A stretch of DNA of 61,883 bases, filler included, from Choristocarpus tenellus KU-1152 (GCA_964200185.2; 10 parts of 10 records of this genome joined end to end with filler, not necessarily neighbours in it); one strand, 5' to 3'; positions 12,304 to 26,028 are shown, counted from the first letter of the whole stretch. Notes: generated by a model not told the origin, from the letters alone. Translations and numbers: made by a program.

Positions 12304-14721
12304 CCCCTCCCCCAGATACTTTGGGTCCTCTTCGTGCATGGACGTCCTGTTGTGGCAATATATTCCCAGTTTCTGCCTGATGATAGGGGTTTCGGCTGAG
12401 GCAGCCGAAGGGTGTGACATGCTAGTAAACATAGCAAGCGTATCTACTATCTACCCAAAGGAGTGTGAGTCCTCTCTTTATATAATGCACATTTTGCAAC
12501 ATTTTGATTGGCTAGGAAAATGCGTATCGGTTAATCAATAATCCGTTCTGCTTTAATTCCAAGGTTTTACCATTTCGGCCCCCAAAGGATTATTCTACGA
12601 AATTGCTAGTGGGCAAGTTTGACTTCAGATTTGTTTCCAAGATGAATATCCTAATTGTGTTTTAGGCTTCGATTTGGTTAGGACGTTTGGGAGGAGAGTT
12701 GGGAGTTGGTACGAATCAATGGGATTATCTTCACCATGTATTCTCCCCCCAAAAGAACTTCATATATATGAGATATACGTCAGTCCACGGTATACGCTAG
12801 ATAGTGCAAAACTAGGCTATTGCCGCAGCCTTCTCTGCGTCACACCTTTTTCTCTCTTCAAAAAAAAAAACTCATCATGGCAACCTTTACCGTGATTTTC
12901 GGTTGGCCATCTGAAAGGGTGCATTTTCTCACCAAAATATGGACTCACTCGATTGCTGTTCCGTCATCTCGAGGGTCCTGTAAGAGCTGCCCTGTGATGT
13001 GTGGGACGTCGATTGCAGATGAAGCACCTATCTAACTGGACCGGTGTGTGTGCCAAGAAAGTCAGACAAGAGTTTTCGAGGAGCTCGATGTGAAAAGGGT
13101 TAAGTTAATTGATCTGTAGACGCGATGCATAAACGCGTGGAGCCGTCACAACTGCTGCAGGAATTCTCGCAAAGTCTGGCCCTGGGCTGGAACCTCTCTG
13201 AATCATTAATTCCAAGCGGAGCCTGTGAAATAAAAGAACAGTGTGACACACAAAAAAAAGATTGGGAATGTGAGTGTACGCATGGTGGGGAATAACTACT
13301 CGGGCAACATCGATACCATGGCGGTCAGAAACCACTCATTCACGACTATAGGTGTATGATGTTTCCCTTGGAGCCACAGATGCCATCACGCTAGGCCCTT
13401 CCTCTAAGTTAGGAGGTGGAGCCAATGTTGCAAGACCACCCATGGAGACGACGAGGCCAAGCAGAAGCAAATCCCGTAGACAACGAAGGTGGCCTAGAAC
13501 CTGAGACAACTAGACCAAGCCGAAGAAAATCTCGTAGATGGTGAAAGCGCTCCAAAACCATCCAAGGAGACCACAAAACCAAGTAGAAACAAATCCAGGC
13601 TATCGTAGGGAGTTACCAAGAATCTTGAGTGCCGAGGTGAATGCTGAGTATTCTCTCCAGTTTGAAAAAACCAGGTAGGACCTCCATGTTACAGGTGCGC
13701 TCGAGAAGCTTACCTCCACAGGATGTGTAGCTCCAATCCACAGGCCTATAGATGACGCTGTTGCTCGTACAAGGCTCCCTGGATACTCCGACAGTCAAAG
13801 GGGTCCAATGCATAGGTTAGTGACGTCAGCTCAGCAGAACAGGGGTACTCTTAATGAATCAATAAGCATATGAATGAAAATTGGTGGTATCAGTTAAGAG
13901 TGATCCTGTGTGCGTGTTTGAGCCCCTTGGGAACTGAGCCATTTGGAGTCGTTTTGGGTTCTTTGGTTTACAGACGTTGGAATACATCTGAGAACCGTTG
14001 CAACCTTCCCAAGTTACAGATTTTATTTTGCAACTTATTAGCAAATCGGAGTTTTCCCCTTTTGGGGATCCCCACGCGTGTACACTGCTTGCGCCGGTTA
14101 AAGCGCTGGAAGAAATACTTGCACTATTCGCCTGTAGCACTCCTTACCACCAAATCAACTCTATTCTGTGAATGACTAATCAAACTAATCGCAGATTACT
14201 ACTTCTCACAATATTTCCAATTCCTGAACTCTTCCATATTCTAGTTCTTGAAACCAAGTCATATCTTTTATTTTTCAGAACACAAACATTGCCTCTTCAT
14301 CCTTATATTGTTTCTTGTACAGAATCTTATCTTTTATACATGAATAAAAAACATATTCTTATTATTCTGGAGTAGTGTTGCCTGCCTGATCCGTTAGACA
14401 GTATGCACCATCAGTCTTGACCCTCAGTAAGTTGATTGTGTTGTCGTCCAAATCTCTTCTTGTCCCATATTGTAAACCTCTGTAGTCCACCCGAGGTTGC
14501 TGGCTCAGCCTGGCGGATCTCTGTTCAGGAAAATTGTGGCTAGGTGCTGATATTGCTTGTGATTGGATGCTGTAACGTCGTCGAAGTCCTCAATAGAACC
14601 CCTCTCAGATTCTCTGTGAGAGTCGAATTCATCTTTGTGCTTGCCATGTTCCTTGTACTCAGTCAGAGAGATGTCCCCGCTGCTGTTTGGTCTGGTGCAT
14701 GTAGCACTCATTTCCCCAAAC

Positions 14722-14990
14722 TCAGTCTATTGTAGTTGAATGGTTTTCTGCGAGTTGCTCACCGGGTGTCTCTCCACCCAGACACTCATGTGAAATCCCC
14801 CCAGTTTTGATTGCCACGTCCATTATGGCAAAGAACCAGTACTCGTCGCCCAGTCTCACCTTCGCCACCAGTTGGCTCCTTACCGCCTCCATTAGTTGCT
14901 TGCACTGTCCCACAATCCCATTGCTCTGGTGTGTGTGTGATGGCAACTTCTTCCATTGAATCGAGTTGTCTAGCATCCGTTACAATCAAA
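14722..14990 (-). mobile_element. Ty1/Copia integrase remnant (frameshifted)
   Basis: Adjacent frames give HTPEQ/HQSNGIV...QLMEAVRSQL...LGDEYWFFAIMDVA...LGGETPGEQL. This matches the Copia integrase pattern TPxQNGxxER...LxExxRSxL...Lxxx(F/Y)WxxA...TPxE. Confidence 0.8.
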
Positions 14991-16227
14991 CTGATTTCCG
15001 AAGTTCTCCAGCACCATCCTCACTGATTCACAACCATACCTGTTCCAGGCGAATAGCGCGAGCATTTCCTCGCGTGTTCTAGCAAGCACAAGCAGTATAC
15101 GAGATTCGTAGCACATAGGTGACCTTACGGGATAAATCTTGATTTCTTAGGAGTTACAGAAATATTTGTAATTTGAGTACAACAGCTGGCGGATGTCTTT
15201 CGACTTGTAGTCTGTAGAAATCAGGTGGATGACACATAAATATAAGAATACTTTGATGGCCACTCATCGTACTTCTTGCTCACTCTTTATTTCTCGATTA
15301 AAACATTAAGTCAAGCTTTGAGCTAAGCACTAAGTGAAGCATCAAGAGGAGTGGCTGACACCCGCAAGTGGCTATCAACTGTGAAAATACCCCAGCAGCG
15401 TCGTTTAAAGGTCGTTGAGTTAGAGCTACACATCCTGTGGAGGTAATTTCTGAAGCGCGCTGTAACATACCTTCTTGGGCTATTTTGCCAATGTAGGCAG
15501 CGGTTGCATCCGTCACTACTATGTCTCTGGTCCTCAAGCTATAAATCCGCTTGTCCCTCCTGTTCTTTGTCAGTAAGTACCTGGTTGATGGTTTGAATCC
15601 ACTGTTCATGTTGGGGTTCTCCCGAAGTGGTTGTACATTTCGCCCACATTATTACTTTAGTTAGTATCATATAGTAAAAGGTGCCGCGCGCAAAATGCAT
15701 GTGACTGCACGTGTTTTCAACATCAATATTGGGAAATTACAAAAACATAACCACTCCCTAATATTTAATCAAGTTCGAGTTCTCACATATACCCTCTAAG
15801 AAAAAAAATCCATCTCCTCTATCTCCCCAATAATTCAATATAATTGGTCCATCCCATCACGTTTAACACATAATTTTAAATATTTCAATATTTCGTTTCG
15901 GGGATCATGAAGTTGTCCCATTCCCGTTACCTGTATCGTACTACTTACACATATTGAGAGTTCTTTGCGACATCTCTCGTACACGTTCAGTCTTCAGTAC
16001 CACATGGTGGAGCTCCAGATTGAGTTGTTATATGTTGAGAGTTACACACCGTGCTGATCCAAGTTGATGATAATTGGGTATTTTTTGCCCTTACATGATC
16101 CGTAAACCTTCACCGGGTGACCCTTGTTCTCTGTGCTTTTCATGTACACAGATACATCTACAAGCATTGCGTTTTGAAGGTTTGGGCTTAGTCGCCATTA
16201 TTAGTTGATCATTCCATTCTTATCACT

Positions 16228-19200
16228 ATGGTATCCACACGAAGGGCAATCGGGGCGTTATGTCTCTTGTTGTGTAGCTGCACAACTGCACAGACTATCT
16301 TGGCCACTTGTGATGAGCTAGGTGAAGCCATCATCGTCAATGACGCTGGGTCAATGGAATTTCAGATGGATGAGAACTTTGAATGCACTGGCTCGACTAT
16401 GAGTATCGGCTCCGGGGATGTCACTATTGAGGGTAGAGGGTACAGTATGAAGATTGGTGAAACTTTCTCCCCTTCTGATGGTAGTGATATTGGCGGAAGT
16501 CTCTTTGCCAACGAGAACGGTGGAACTTTGACTCTCCGAAACATCGTGTTCATCGACGCTGGGGCTGTCTCGACAGTGTCTCCTCTTAACATCCGTGCTG
16601 TGAGAAATGAGGGAGCGCTAGTCGTCGAAGGTTGCACTTTCTTAAAGCTTAACCAGGGGGTGGAAGGAACCGGAGAATATGGTGGGGCGGTAAGGAGCAA
16701 AGAGTGTTACCTCACAAGTGAACCAACTTTTATTCAGTATTCGATGCCCCGCATCTTTACTAACCCCAATATACTTTTTTATCCTCCAAAACATGTTCGA
16801 TTTCTTGAGTCATGCCCAGTTTGGTGATTGATGTGAACATTGCTGTTGTGTTGAAGTCGAAGAACTCCGTTATTGCTTCACCAGATACTGCTCCTATATC
16901 CAAACGTAAACTGTAGTTGAGTTATGCATACCATTTTCTGGAGCAGGCCCCGTGCTGCCTTTAGTTCTCATTCACCCAAGTCTCATGTAAACTATGCCCC
17001 CCTTGTGAGTGGGAATGATGTTGCGGAACACCCGAACCTGTTGATTTCTATTCTGCCGACATTTCCCTAGCCGCTCAACTCACGTCCGTGACATAATGGC
17101 CCAGATCTATACAGCAGGTGTCAACAATGACGATAGCGTTGCAGTTACGATAAGGGGATCATTATTTGAGTCCAACGTTGCCACTGTGGCTGGTGGAGCG
17201 ATCTTTGCTACAGGCAGCGATGCGGTCACAGTTGAGGATAGTGTCTTCAAGATGAACGAGGCGGCCAATGAGGATAATCAAATTGCCATGGGGGGGGGTA
17301 TCTTCGCTGACAGCATGGTTCCACTAACAGTCACTAACTCCAGCTTTTCTTCCAATACTGCTGAATCTGCCGGTTCAGCGATTTACCTTTGCGGTGGGAA
17401 TCTGGTACATTCTACCTTCATGCGGCACGAGACATTCGGGGACGTGGATGGGGTCAGTCTTGGTTCCAGCCCCATACCCCATTATCACCAGCAAATTTTG
17501 TTAAGAATGCCTAATATTACTTCGCCTTTTACTACAGAAGCTGTCTGAGAACGATGTTGGAGTGTTCTTTGTCTTTCTCAGTACCAAGTGTTACATGTAT
17601 ATTTATTTTCTGGGGGTTTTTGTTGTTCGCAAGCCCACCCCATTCATTTCATGTCAAAGATGAGATTCCATGTACCCCGCAGCAGGATAAGGGTGCTGAC
17701 AGATCCCCTGCTGTAGGATGAAGCAACATAAAGATTTGGCTCCTCACCAGATTCACCTATCCCTCTCTCGGCCTTTCAACTTTTTCTTGGAAGCATTTCT
17801 TCACATCGCCATTGTTCTGGACTGTTTCTTTTCAATGCATGATTGGACAGGAGAGCTATGGGGCAGTCACAAGCAAGAACAATCTAGGGGAAGGGGAAGG
17901 GTGTGAACCACTAATTGTTTCAAACTGTTCATTCAACAGCAACAGCCTCAGTGGTGGTATTGGTGGAGCCCTGGCAGTTTTTAATGGAGAGCTCGAGGTG
18001 ATGGACACGGACTTTGAATCGAACCAGGGAGGTGCAGTTTACTTCTCTTCTTCTAATGGAGATGGAAGAGACACGATTGAGGTGCGTGTACGAGGGGGTG
18101 AGTGGGTTGATCACAGTAAGGCACAGGAACCACGCTTGAGTTCTCCTTATTCGGACCCCCTAGAGGTATACATGTTTTTAATTATATGGGAAGGTATCTC
18201 AGGCTTTGTGAGGTCTTGCATTGGGGACCCTGTATGTTTAATAATAGTGTTCACATGCTGGGTTGGAAATTTTTTAGTTCTTGATGGTTAAATGCATGTG
18301 ATGTTTGTGTGTCATTGCCATTTCGATGTTTGACTTGTGGTCATTATGAAGAAGGTTGAGCCTGCTGCAGAGACAGAAAAAGACCTTCGAAAGCCAAAAA
18401 CTGTTTTGCTTGAGTCAACCAGGAAAATTGGCAGATGTTAGGCGCTGAGAAAAGCTTTCGCAAGAAGGTTGAACTTTTTTAGGTCTACTTGGAATCGATC
18501 TACCGCAACATTAGGTGGAAAAAATATGTCCAACTGTGCAAAACAGCGAGTTCTCTGCTTGCACCCATTCCTACATGTGTTGAATAACAGATTTGGAGAA
18601 AGTTGAATGGATGTGTGTGATTGGGTGAGATGGAAGGTGGAGAAGATTTTTTTTTTTGCCATGCTGTTGTCCTCCCTGGCTTTACTTCTTCAACACTAAC
18701 CGGTTGAAAGAGAGAGGAGTGCTCCTGTCATTCTCATACTTCCCATTATTTCCCTTAGAGAGTACTGATAGGTATTAATGGTGGTTGTTACTAAATGGCT
18801 GTTGATACTTACCATTAATGGACTTAATTCAACAAACTCTGTATGCTGTTGAGGTTTTTTGCGTAGCCATACCATACCACTGACTAAACCACAACCCCAT
18901 TATTTCACTACTATTTTTTCAAATCACCCTGTTGCCAATGACTGCCTTTTTAGTGGGGCCGTGAAGAACCCCCTGCTAAGGTCTCAGATTCATGAACTCA
19001 GATTTTGTTATGACATTCTTTTATTTATCTCTTTCTCTGTTCTTTCCCAAGGATACACCTTCTTCTGTCTTGGCCTCTTTGTTGTATTAATGACAAAAAT
19101 TTGAAATTTTAGTGATATCCTTACGCTTCCTGTCTGGTGTCATGTTAATATTAGATGGTCAATTGTGGCTTCCTTTATAACACAGCTCCCTTTCTTCAGC

Positions 19201-20903
19201 TGGAAGACGACAGGATGTTGGGGACGGCTGTGTTGGTGGAGAACACATATGAAGATGGGGTGAGAAGGATGTACACTATATTGTTAGTATTGTTTTTTTT
19301 TAGGTAGGGCCTGTGTGTTCACGAAGCAGGAGGGAAAGGGGAATACAGTATGTGTTGCAATTGGCATACTGTCTGTTGTGTGGGAGGAGGGGAATTTGCT
19401 TAACTTGCAAGGCTGATAGGGCAAGAGACCTCGCCAGGAATTGATGCCACAAATCGAAATGTGGTGCTACTATTGGACAGGTACCTATTTTGCACACTGC
19501 ACTTTCTTACAACAAAATATAATATAATATACCATACCATACCAAATGCTGCAGCTCACCCTATTTTGTTCCTTTTTTTTAGGATACTTTCTTTACTCTG
19601 TTTCACTCACACTAATTATCATACAGCTGTCGGTGGAGATGGGAACCTTCGACACGATTGCCTGCTTCAGGAATAAACCCTATGAGTGTGAGTGGGTGGA
19701 ACACCAGATCGAGAGCATGCACTTAGGGCCGTTTACCTGCAATGCATGTACCAAAGACGGAGTTTCACTTGTGTTTAAAGATGATAGCATAGGTGGTGAT
19801 GATGGTGGTGATGATGACAATTTGAGGTGAGGATGGAAGGGCTGGTGCAATCTTTGGCCTGTATTTTCTGCTGTGGAGTCTGTGGTTTCTCTACCTTGCT
19901 TGCTTGTGTTTCAAAATTGTGGTGCATGTCGTTTTTGTTGAGTACAGAGAGTACAAATGTATATGCATATTGCTGTTAACGTTTGCCCAAGAATTTTGAA
20001 GGTAAGGAAAACTGTTCCAGCATGAGGATGTGGCATGTTTTGGTGTAAACTATGATTTCTTGTGGCGTTGGTTCATGAAGTATTGTGTCTACATTTGTAG
20101 GTAGTGCATTTTGAATTCTTGTGAGTGACACCATCAATATGATGGAAAGCATTTTGCTACCTCACACTCTCTTTAAAAGTGCTTTATTCTTCTGTATTTT
20201 GTGTGTGAAATACTCATAGTTGTTAATATTATAGCACTGCTTTCAAGGTAGTTATGTGTATGATAGATACACTACTGGATGGTTTTGTGTATGGATATAA
20301 CATAATGTGTACTACTATACATCTTATTGTCAAGAATATGGATAAATGAATGAACAGCTTCTTGGAGTATTTATGTGCACTTGCTGGAGGCTGACACAGA
20401 CCACAGTATATATTTTGGGTATTGGAGGGGAGTTTCTTTGGTCAATGTTGGGCCTGAGCTAATCAATCACCTGGGAAATGCTGTTTCCTCTATTGGTATC
20501 CTTGCCATGAGCATCTGAGAAAGCCCCTTCCGATGCAGTACATATTTTGAAGTAGGTTCATGAGATCAACTGGACTTGACTCAGCACTTGGAACGTGACC
20601 CATGTACAGAAAGCCTGAAGCTTTTCCTGAGTAGCAACATCTCCATTATTGTCTTATTCTACCGTTAGAACATCTAATTTAATTAATCTATCATACACAT
20701 CTTCACTCGCTGCCCTCTCCATAATCAGATCTGTGACTCCAGGAGATTCTTCATCTGATACCAGCAGTGGGGTTGTTGTTGGGCTTGCTGTTGCCCTTGG
20801 TTTTGTTTTAGTGGCTGTGGTTGCCCTAGGAGCTTGGAAGATACGGGTGAAGCGGCGTTCACGGAGGCTACTTGATGGTCTAAACTATGATGATAATCTG
20901 TAA
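16228..20903 (+). CDS. Type I membrane protein with POMP/pectin-lyase-like beta-helix repeats (6 exons, about 506 aa)
   Basis: Exons 16228-16689, 17105-17452, 17851-18081, 19155-19259, 19627-19826 and 20729-20903 have GT..AG boundaries and compatible phases (0,0,0,0,2). The protein has a signal peptide (MVSTRRAIGALCLLLCSCTTAQ) and repeated FxxN...GGA(I/V/L) motifs (YGGAIY, FESNVA..GGAIF, FKMNEA..GGGIF, FSSNTA..GSAIY, FNSNS..GGALA, FESNQGGAVY). These are followed by a Cys-containing segment, an acidic Gly/Asp stalk, a TM helix (GVVVGLAVALGFVLVAVVALGAW) and a basic stop-transfer segment (KIRVKRRSRR). Confidence 0.9.
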
Positions 20904-22043
20904 TCCCCATTGAGATTCTCAAGTGAAAGCCTCTCAGGCCTATCTATGAAGCATGCGCTCCCTTGTGGGGCTGGGTGGAGAAAGGTGAATTTCAGTTTCT
21001 ATGAAAAGTATTGTCCCAGGAGAGCAGTACCTGAGTCAATGAGGATGGAAGATAGCTTTTGGAGCAACTCAAATGTGTGATGTGTCTTCGTGCTTGAGGA
21101 TTGGAAATTGGGCAAAGAGAGGTGTTGTGGAGGTGGATGGATGGGGACTTAGAAAACACGTTTTAGACTCGGGTGGGAATTATTCAAGTCATTGGTGAAG
21201 GGGAGGACTCATTATGGCTGTTGTCTCAATATGCAACCGATTGCTTGGACTGGGAAGCAAGGAGGGTGATTTTTTTGGTAAGGTGCATCCCTCTGCGGAT
21301 GAGGAGAAGTAAAATCAGAATGTGTGCATTGCATACCACAACTTTGTAGTGTACAGCTTAGTGATTCTTCAACCGCCTCCAGTTTGTTGTCATCTTCAAG
21401 AAGATGAAGCACATTTCCCTGCGACAAGTTCCACAGAGAGACTCTTAACCTTGGGCACTGTTGTATAATTGCTTCCATCAGCTTCTTGTGTCTGTGAATC
21501 CAAAAAAGGGTTGTTCCCTTGTGTGTCTTTCGTTTTGCATGACCCTGGTATGATTCTATGTTTATGCGTGTGCAGTTGGTGATGTGAGGGAACTCTGCCT
21601 CTCTTCCTGAAACAATATCTTTTATGGTGTTTTGTTCATATTATACAGGAGGGTGAATATTTTTACACCCCACAGCTTTCGTTAGCTCTCGGGCATGTGC
21701 CAGTGCATTCTTTCCTTGGATCATGAGTGAGGCACAGGTGGATCCAGTTTTGAGAGCATTTATGTGTGATGGGTTCATCCTTTGTTGTTGCATAGACAAT
21801 ATTTTGGTGTTATTGCTAGGAGATTCTTGGTAGGATACTGATGTTACGTTTTTATTTCATGCTAGTACCAACGTAGACCAGATTCGTCTGTCCGTTTTTT
21901 TGTATGTAGGTGCCCATCACCTTGTACTAGGTCATTATCAAGGTCAAGGACAAAGCAGCTTGGCTTGCTATGAAGTGAGTGTTATTCCAGGCCTGATTTG
22001 TCCGTTCCTTCCCCCCCCCCCCCCCCCCCGGTTTCTCCCCGGG

Positions 22044-22143
22044 NNNNNNNNNNNNNNNNNNNNNNNNNNNNNNNNNNNNNNNNNNNNTTAATTAATTAAN
22101 NNNNNNNNNNNNNNNNNNNNNNNNNNNNNNNNNNNNNNNNNNN
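22044..22143. other. Artificial contig linker
   Basis: N44-TTAATTAATTAA-N44. Confidence 0.99.
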
Positions 22144-22249
22144 ACAGGAAAAATTTGACCCCAAATGGACAGCCGCCACCCCCTCCCAGATATTTTGAGG
22201 CTTAATGCAGCTATAGCACACACTGCCAAACCTGATCATGCAGACTCAC

Positions 22250-23332
22250 CCAGCCCTGGAAGTGTTGCATGACAGGAAACATTTCGTCCACAATGCTGTC
22301 AACTAGACTGTACACCTAAGCACGCAATGTTGTACACGAGGGTTGGCCTGGAATCAGCTCAAAAGTGGGGCATTACACAATCAAGTTGTGAGGAGGAAGC
22401 AAAGGAGGGCACTGTGTACTTAGTGTTTGACCACTCACTATCCTTCTGAGCAACGTTCCTGACGACTATGAAATTCTTGCATCTTTGAATTCCACGTTCC
22501 AGGTATTCCCAACTTTTTTTTTTAAATCAAGAGTGGAAAACTTTCACTTTTTGTGCATGCCTATTGGGATTATAACTTGAAAAGAACGTATCGTTCCAGT
22601 TTTTCCCTTCTTTATGCTGTGTCCACTTGATGTTTCTTTCGGAAATATAATAATCTTCAAGGAGTCGGTGTCATCATCAACATCAGCAAGCAGTTTTTTT
22701 TTTCTTCTTGAACTGCATTACATAATACATACATATATATATATATATATATCGAGTGAGTTAATTTGTTTATATATATATATCAGTCGTGTTGGCGATG
22801 ATATCAATCGACAACAGCAGTTTATAATATTATTGCTGTTATTATTATGATTCAACAGTCACTTCTTCAACAACAACAAAAAATCCAAGAGAATATTTTG
22901 CATCATTTAGAAAAGCAGGTCTGAGTAAGAGGGGCGGCGTATAGACGAGATGCACATCATTGGGGTCTACTTTGTCCTGTCACAGCATTGAGTTCCAAGG
23001 CGCTCCAGGGCATAACACTCGGAAAAAAAACTCCCCTAAACGGTACAACCCCCCCGCAAACAAAGTATACATCTTCTCCGATATACTCTGGAGCATGACC
23101 TATCCACCATGGGCCGTCAAGCTCCTGCCCAAACCCCATCCTCCCAATTTCAAGAGATCCTTTTTCAGTCACAGCGGCGAACAACAGCTATGCACCTTAC
23201 CAGGTATCTCGCATTGTTGAGTCGGAGCTTGCTCCCTGCGTAGAGCACGCGGTTGGCAATGTTATCAGGAACATCGGAGGGGGCTTTTTCCACCAGAAGG
23301 ACGGTGTGGTCTCCAAGTAGAAACACTGACAC
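22250..23332 (-). CDS. CorA-family divalent cation (Mg2+) transporter, two internal exons (partial gene)
   Basis: Exons 23332-23201 and 22315-22250 (AG/GT, phase 0) splice to VSVFLLGDHTVLLVEKAPSDVPDNIANRVLYAGSKLRLNNARYL|VYSLVDSIVDEMFPVMQHFQGW. This matches the CorA cytoplasmic pattern VSxFL..vlt.e...IxxRL..gsrLR..gxxYLxYxLxDxIVDxxFPv. The GMN/TM region is off-contig. Confidence 0.8.
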
Positions 23333-23530
23333 CTTTGAGCGCGTTTGACAAGAGGACAGCAGCGTTTTATGCAGAACAACATGTAAAAGGGTTAGTGCTT
23401 CATACAATACATTAAAATTTTTTTTAGTGAAGATTAGATTTATGTAATACATTGAAAAACAGCATTGCATTGTGTTGTTCATTGTGTCGACGTGAGAGCC
23501 ATCCAATCGACCCCAACCCTAACCTTCAAA

Positions 23531-23803
23531 GAGTGAAAGTCTCTTATTAAGAGAGGGGTACGAGTTTTGCCCTGGTCGTCTGTTTGGGGCTTGGCTTCCC
23601 ATGGGTTTTTTTAAAGACATTTTCCTACTCCAAACTGTTTCGGAGTAGGTAAAATGTATACGTTATGAAAAGTTGTGTCCAAACAAGGATATTGACACTT
23701 CCTAACAAACACAATAGCCAAAACTAGATCAAAATTGCAACATTGGATTTTGGACCCCAAATGGACGCAACTATACCCCCTAACCCTAAAGACACTTTGG
23801 TTC
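23531..23803. mobile_element. MITE family A, full copy
   Basis: GAGTGAAAGTCTCTTATTAAGAGAGGGGTACGAG ... GACACTTTGGTTC, with CAAA on both flanks. Confidence 0.9.
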
Positions 23804-24135
23804 CAAACAGTCTAAAAAAAGGGCTAAGCGATAAGAAAGAAAAAAAGGTGGTGTTAACGCCTCTTCATCAGCTCGCCATCTAAAGCGTATTCTCGACTCA
23901 GTTTCGACAGGATTTCCAAAAGACCCGGGCGGAGGTATTAACAGTGCAGGAGACTGCTGGCGTAAAATCCATATTGACCAGGTCAGATACTTCTTATTGA
24001 GTCTCTAGTTCGCAGGCACCAAGTCTGCACAGGGAAACTCATCACCTGTGGAATGAGCTGAATCGAAAAAAGGGTTCTATTCGCGATGACAACTCAGGAC
24101 ACCTAAGATGAAAAAACCTCCCCCAAAAACATAAA

Positions 24136-24430
24136 GAGTCAAAGTATCTTAGGGTTATAGGGGGTAGAACCGCGTCCGTTTGGGGGGAAAAAATCCAACG
24201 TTCCGATTTTGATGCAATTTCGGCTATTGTGTTTGTTAGGAAGTGTCAATATCCTTGTTCGGGGTATACCTTTTCATGAGGTATACCTTCGACCGACACC
24301 AAAACTTTTTTTATAAAAAAAAAAAATTGTTAAAAAAAAACAAAAAAACCCCGTGGGAAGTCAAGCCCCAAACGGACAAGCCAGAGGGTCAAAACTCTCG
24401 TACCCCTCTCTTAATAAGAGACTTTCACTC
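24136..24430. mobile_element. MITE family A, full copy inverted relative to the 23531 copy, TSD AAA
   Basis: aaa|GAGTCAAAGTATCTT ... TACCCCTCTCTTAATAAGAGACTTTCACTC|aaa. Confidence 0.9.
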
Positions 24431-25928
24431 AAAATATGACACTGTCCTTCTTGTTTACGGAACAGGGCGTCGCAAGGAGATAACCAGCACAACCTTATTT
24501 ATTTATTTAAAATAAAAATAAAAATAAAAGGCACACGGTGGGGTTTGAATCAGAAGCGTCGAACTCGGTCAGGAGCACGCAGCGCGCCGTTGGTTGTTCA
24601 GGCCCGATCTTTGCTTTTGTGCCCATCACGTATGGTGGATTGCACTCAACCTCCACAACAAGCTGCGATAACTGAGGATCAGAAACCAGACCCTCGAGAG
24701 CTCGCTTTGCATTGCATTGCCGTGGCAAGCAACTTGAACCAAAACCCCCGAAGGGCTTCCATGACACATTGAGAGAACGTCTGACACATTGAGAGAACGC
24801 CCGGGGCCTTTGTGGTCGGCAGTAGATTGTAGAATAGACAGGAAAGCTTTATCTATATACACGTACATAGACGGAGAGACATAAACACACGTGGCTCCAT
24901 ACTATCACAGGGTCTCAGACAATGAAGGTGTAATGAGAGCAAAGTTCACATCTCCCCAAAATGTGAAAAGTTAAAGTCCCCCTCCCCAAAATGCTGTAAC
25001 ACCAGAGATTGGAGCATCATATCCCCGAACTAGGGTTGGGGCATCACACTGTAGAGGACTCCAACCTCCACTGCCTGTTGAAGATGAAAAGGGTGCAACC
25101 GCACGTCACGACTCAAAATACCTCCACAGTCGCACGACAAACACTCAACTCTGTACCAGGTACAGGAAAAATGAGGGCAAAATCAACTTCAAAATCAACT
25201 TGCTCACACTACCCGTTATATATATATATTTTTTCCAAAGTTAATTGCACACCTTGGACAACATAACTCTCAACACTGTTGTGCCCATAACAGTGGAGGC
25301 AAAACACGCACACGTAACACAATGTAGTTAGTGCTCATAACACTCCAGTCCAAAACACACACAACACGACTGCATGATTCTCATAACACTCCATTCAACA
25401 ACATACACATGTACACTACGTTGTATGATATGTACCTACTCCGGAGTATCAATCAGCAACGTCATGAAACACAGTGTTACAAAAGTGTTAAGTTGTCCAA
25501 GTTGTTGATAATCGTGCCCACTTGATTAAGCTATTATGTACTGTGTCCTATATCACTGCCGATGACACTCTGGATTTGAATGCTTGCACTCCCGACAGAG
25601 AAGAAATAGAGCAATTTCCTCAAAAGAGAGCACACTACTTAACATTAGAAGTATCCTAACACCAGATACGTGGATCTTTCACTAGCGAGTTGTCCATTCA
25701 ACACAGAATATGATTTTGGCAAGTGCACTACTCCATAAGGAGGTCTTGTGTCACCTGCTTCTCCTTCCCACACCAGAACAAAGGAATCTGTAGCTAAAGT
25801 GCTGGATGCGAAACCGTCAATATTTGCAACTGTCGCTAGAGATGCTACCTCAACCTGCACCCCCTCCCCCCCCCCGCCCCCCCCCCCCCCCCCCCCCCCA
25901 CCCCCCCCCCCCCCCCCCCCCCCCCCCC

Positions 25929-26028
25929 NNNNNNNNNNNNNNNNNNNNNNNNNNNNNNNNNNNNNNNNNNNNTTAATTAATTAANNNNNNNNNNNNNNNN
26001 NNNNNNNNNNNNNNNNNNNNNNNNNNNN
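25929..26028. other. Artificial contig linker
   Basis: N44-TTAATTAATTAA-N44. Confidence 0.99.

Noticed and set aside
25861-25928. Poly-proline ORFs here and at 38363-38430 and 22009-22029
   Set aside because: These are C homopolymers at contig ends, not coding sequence.
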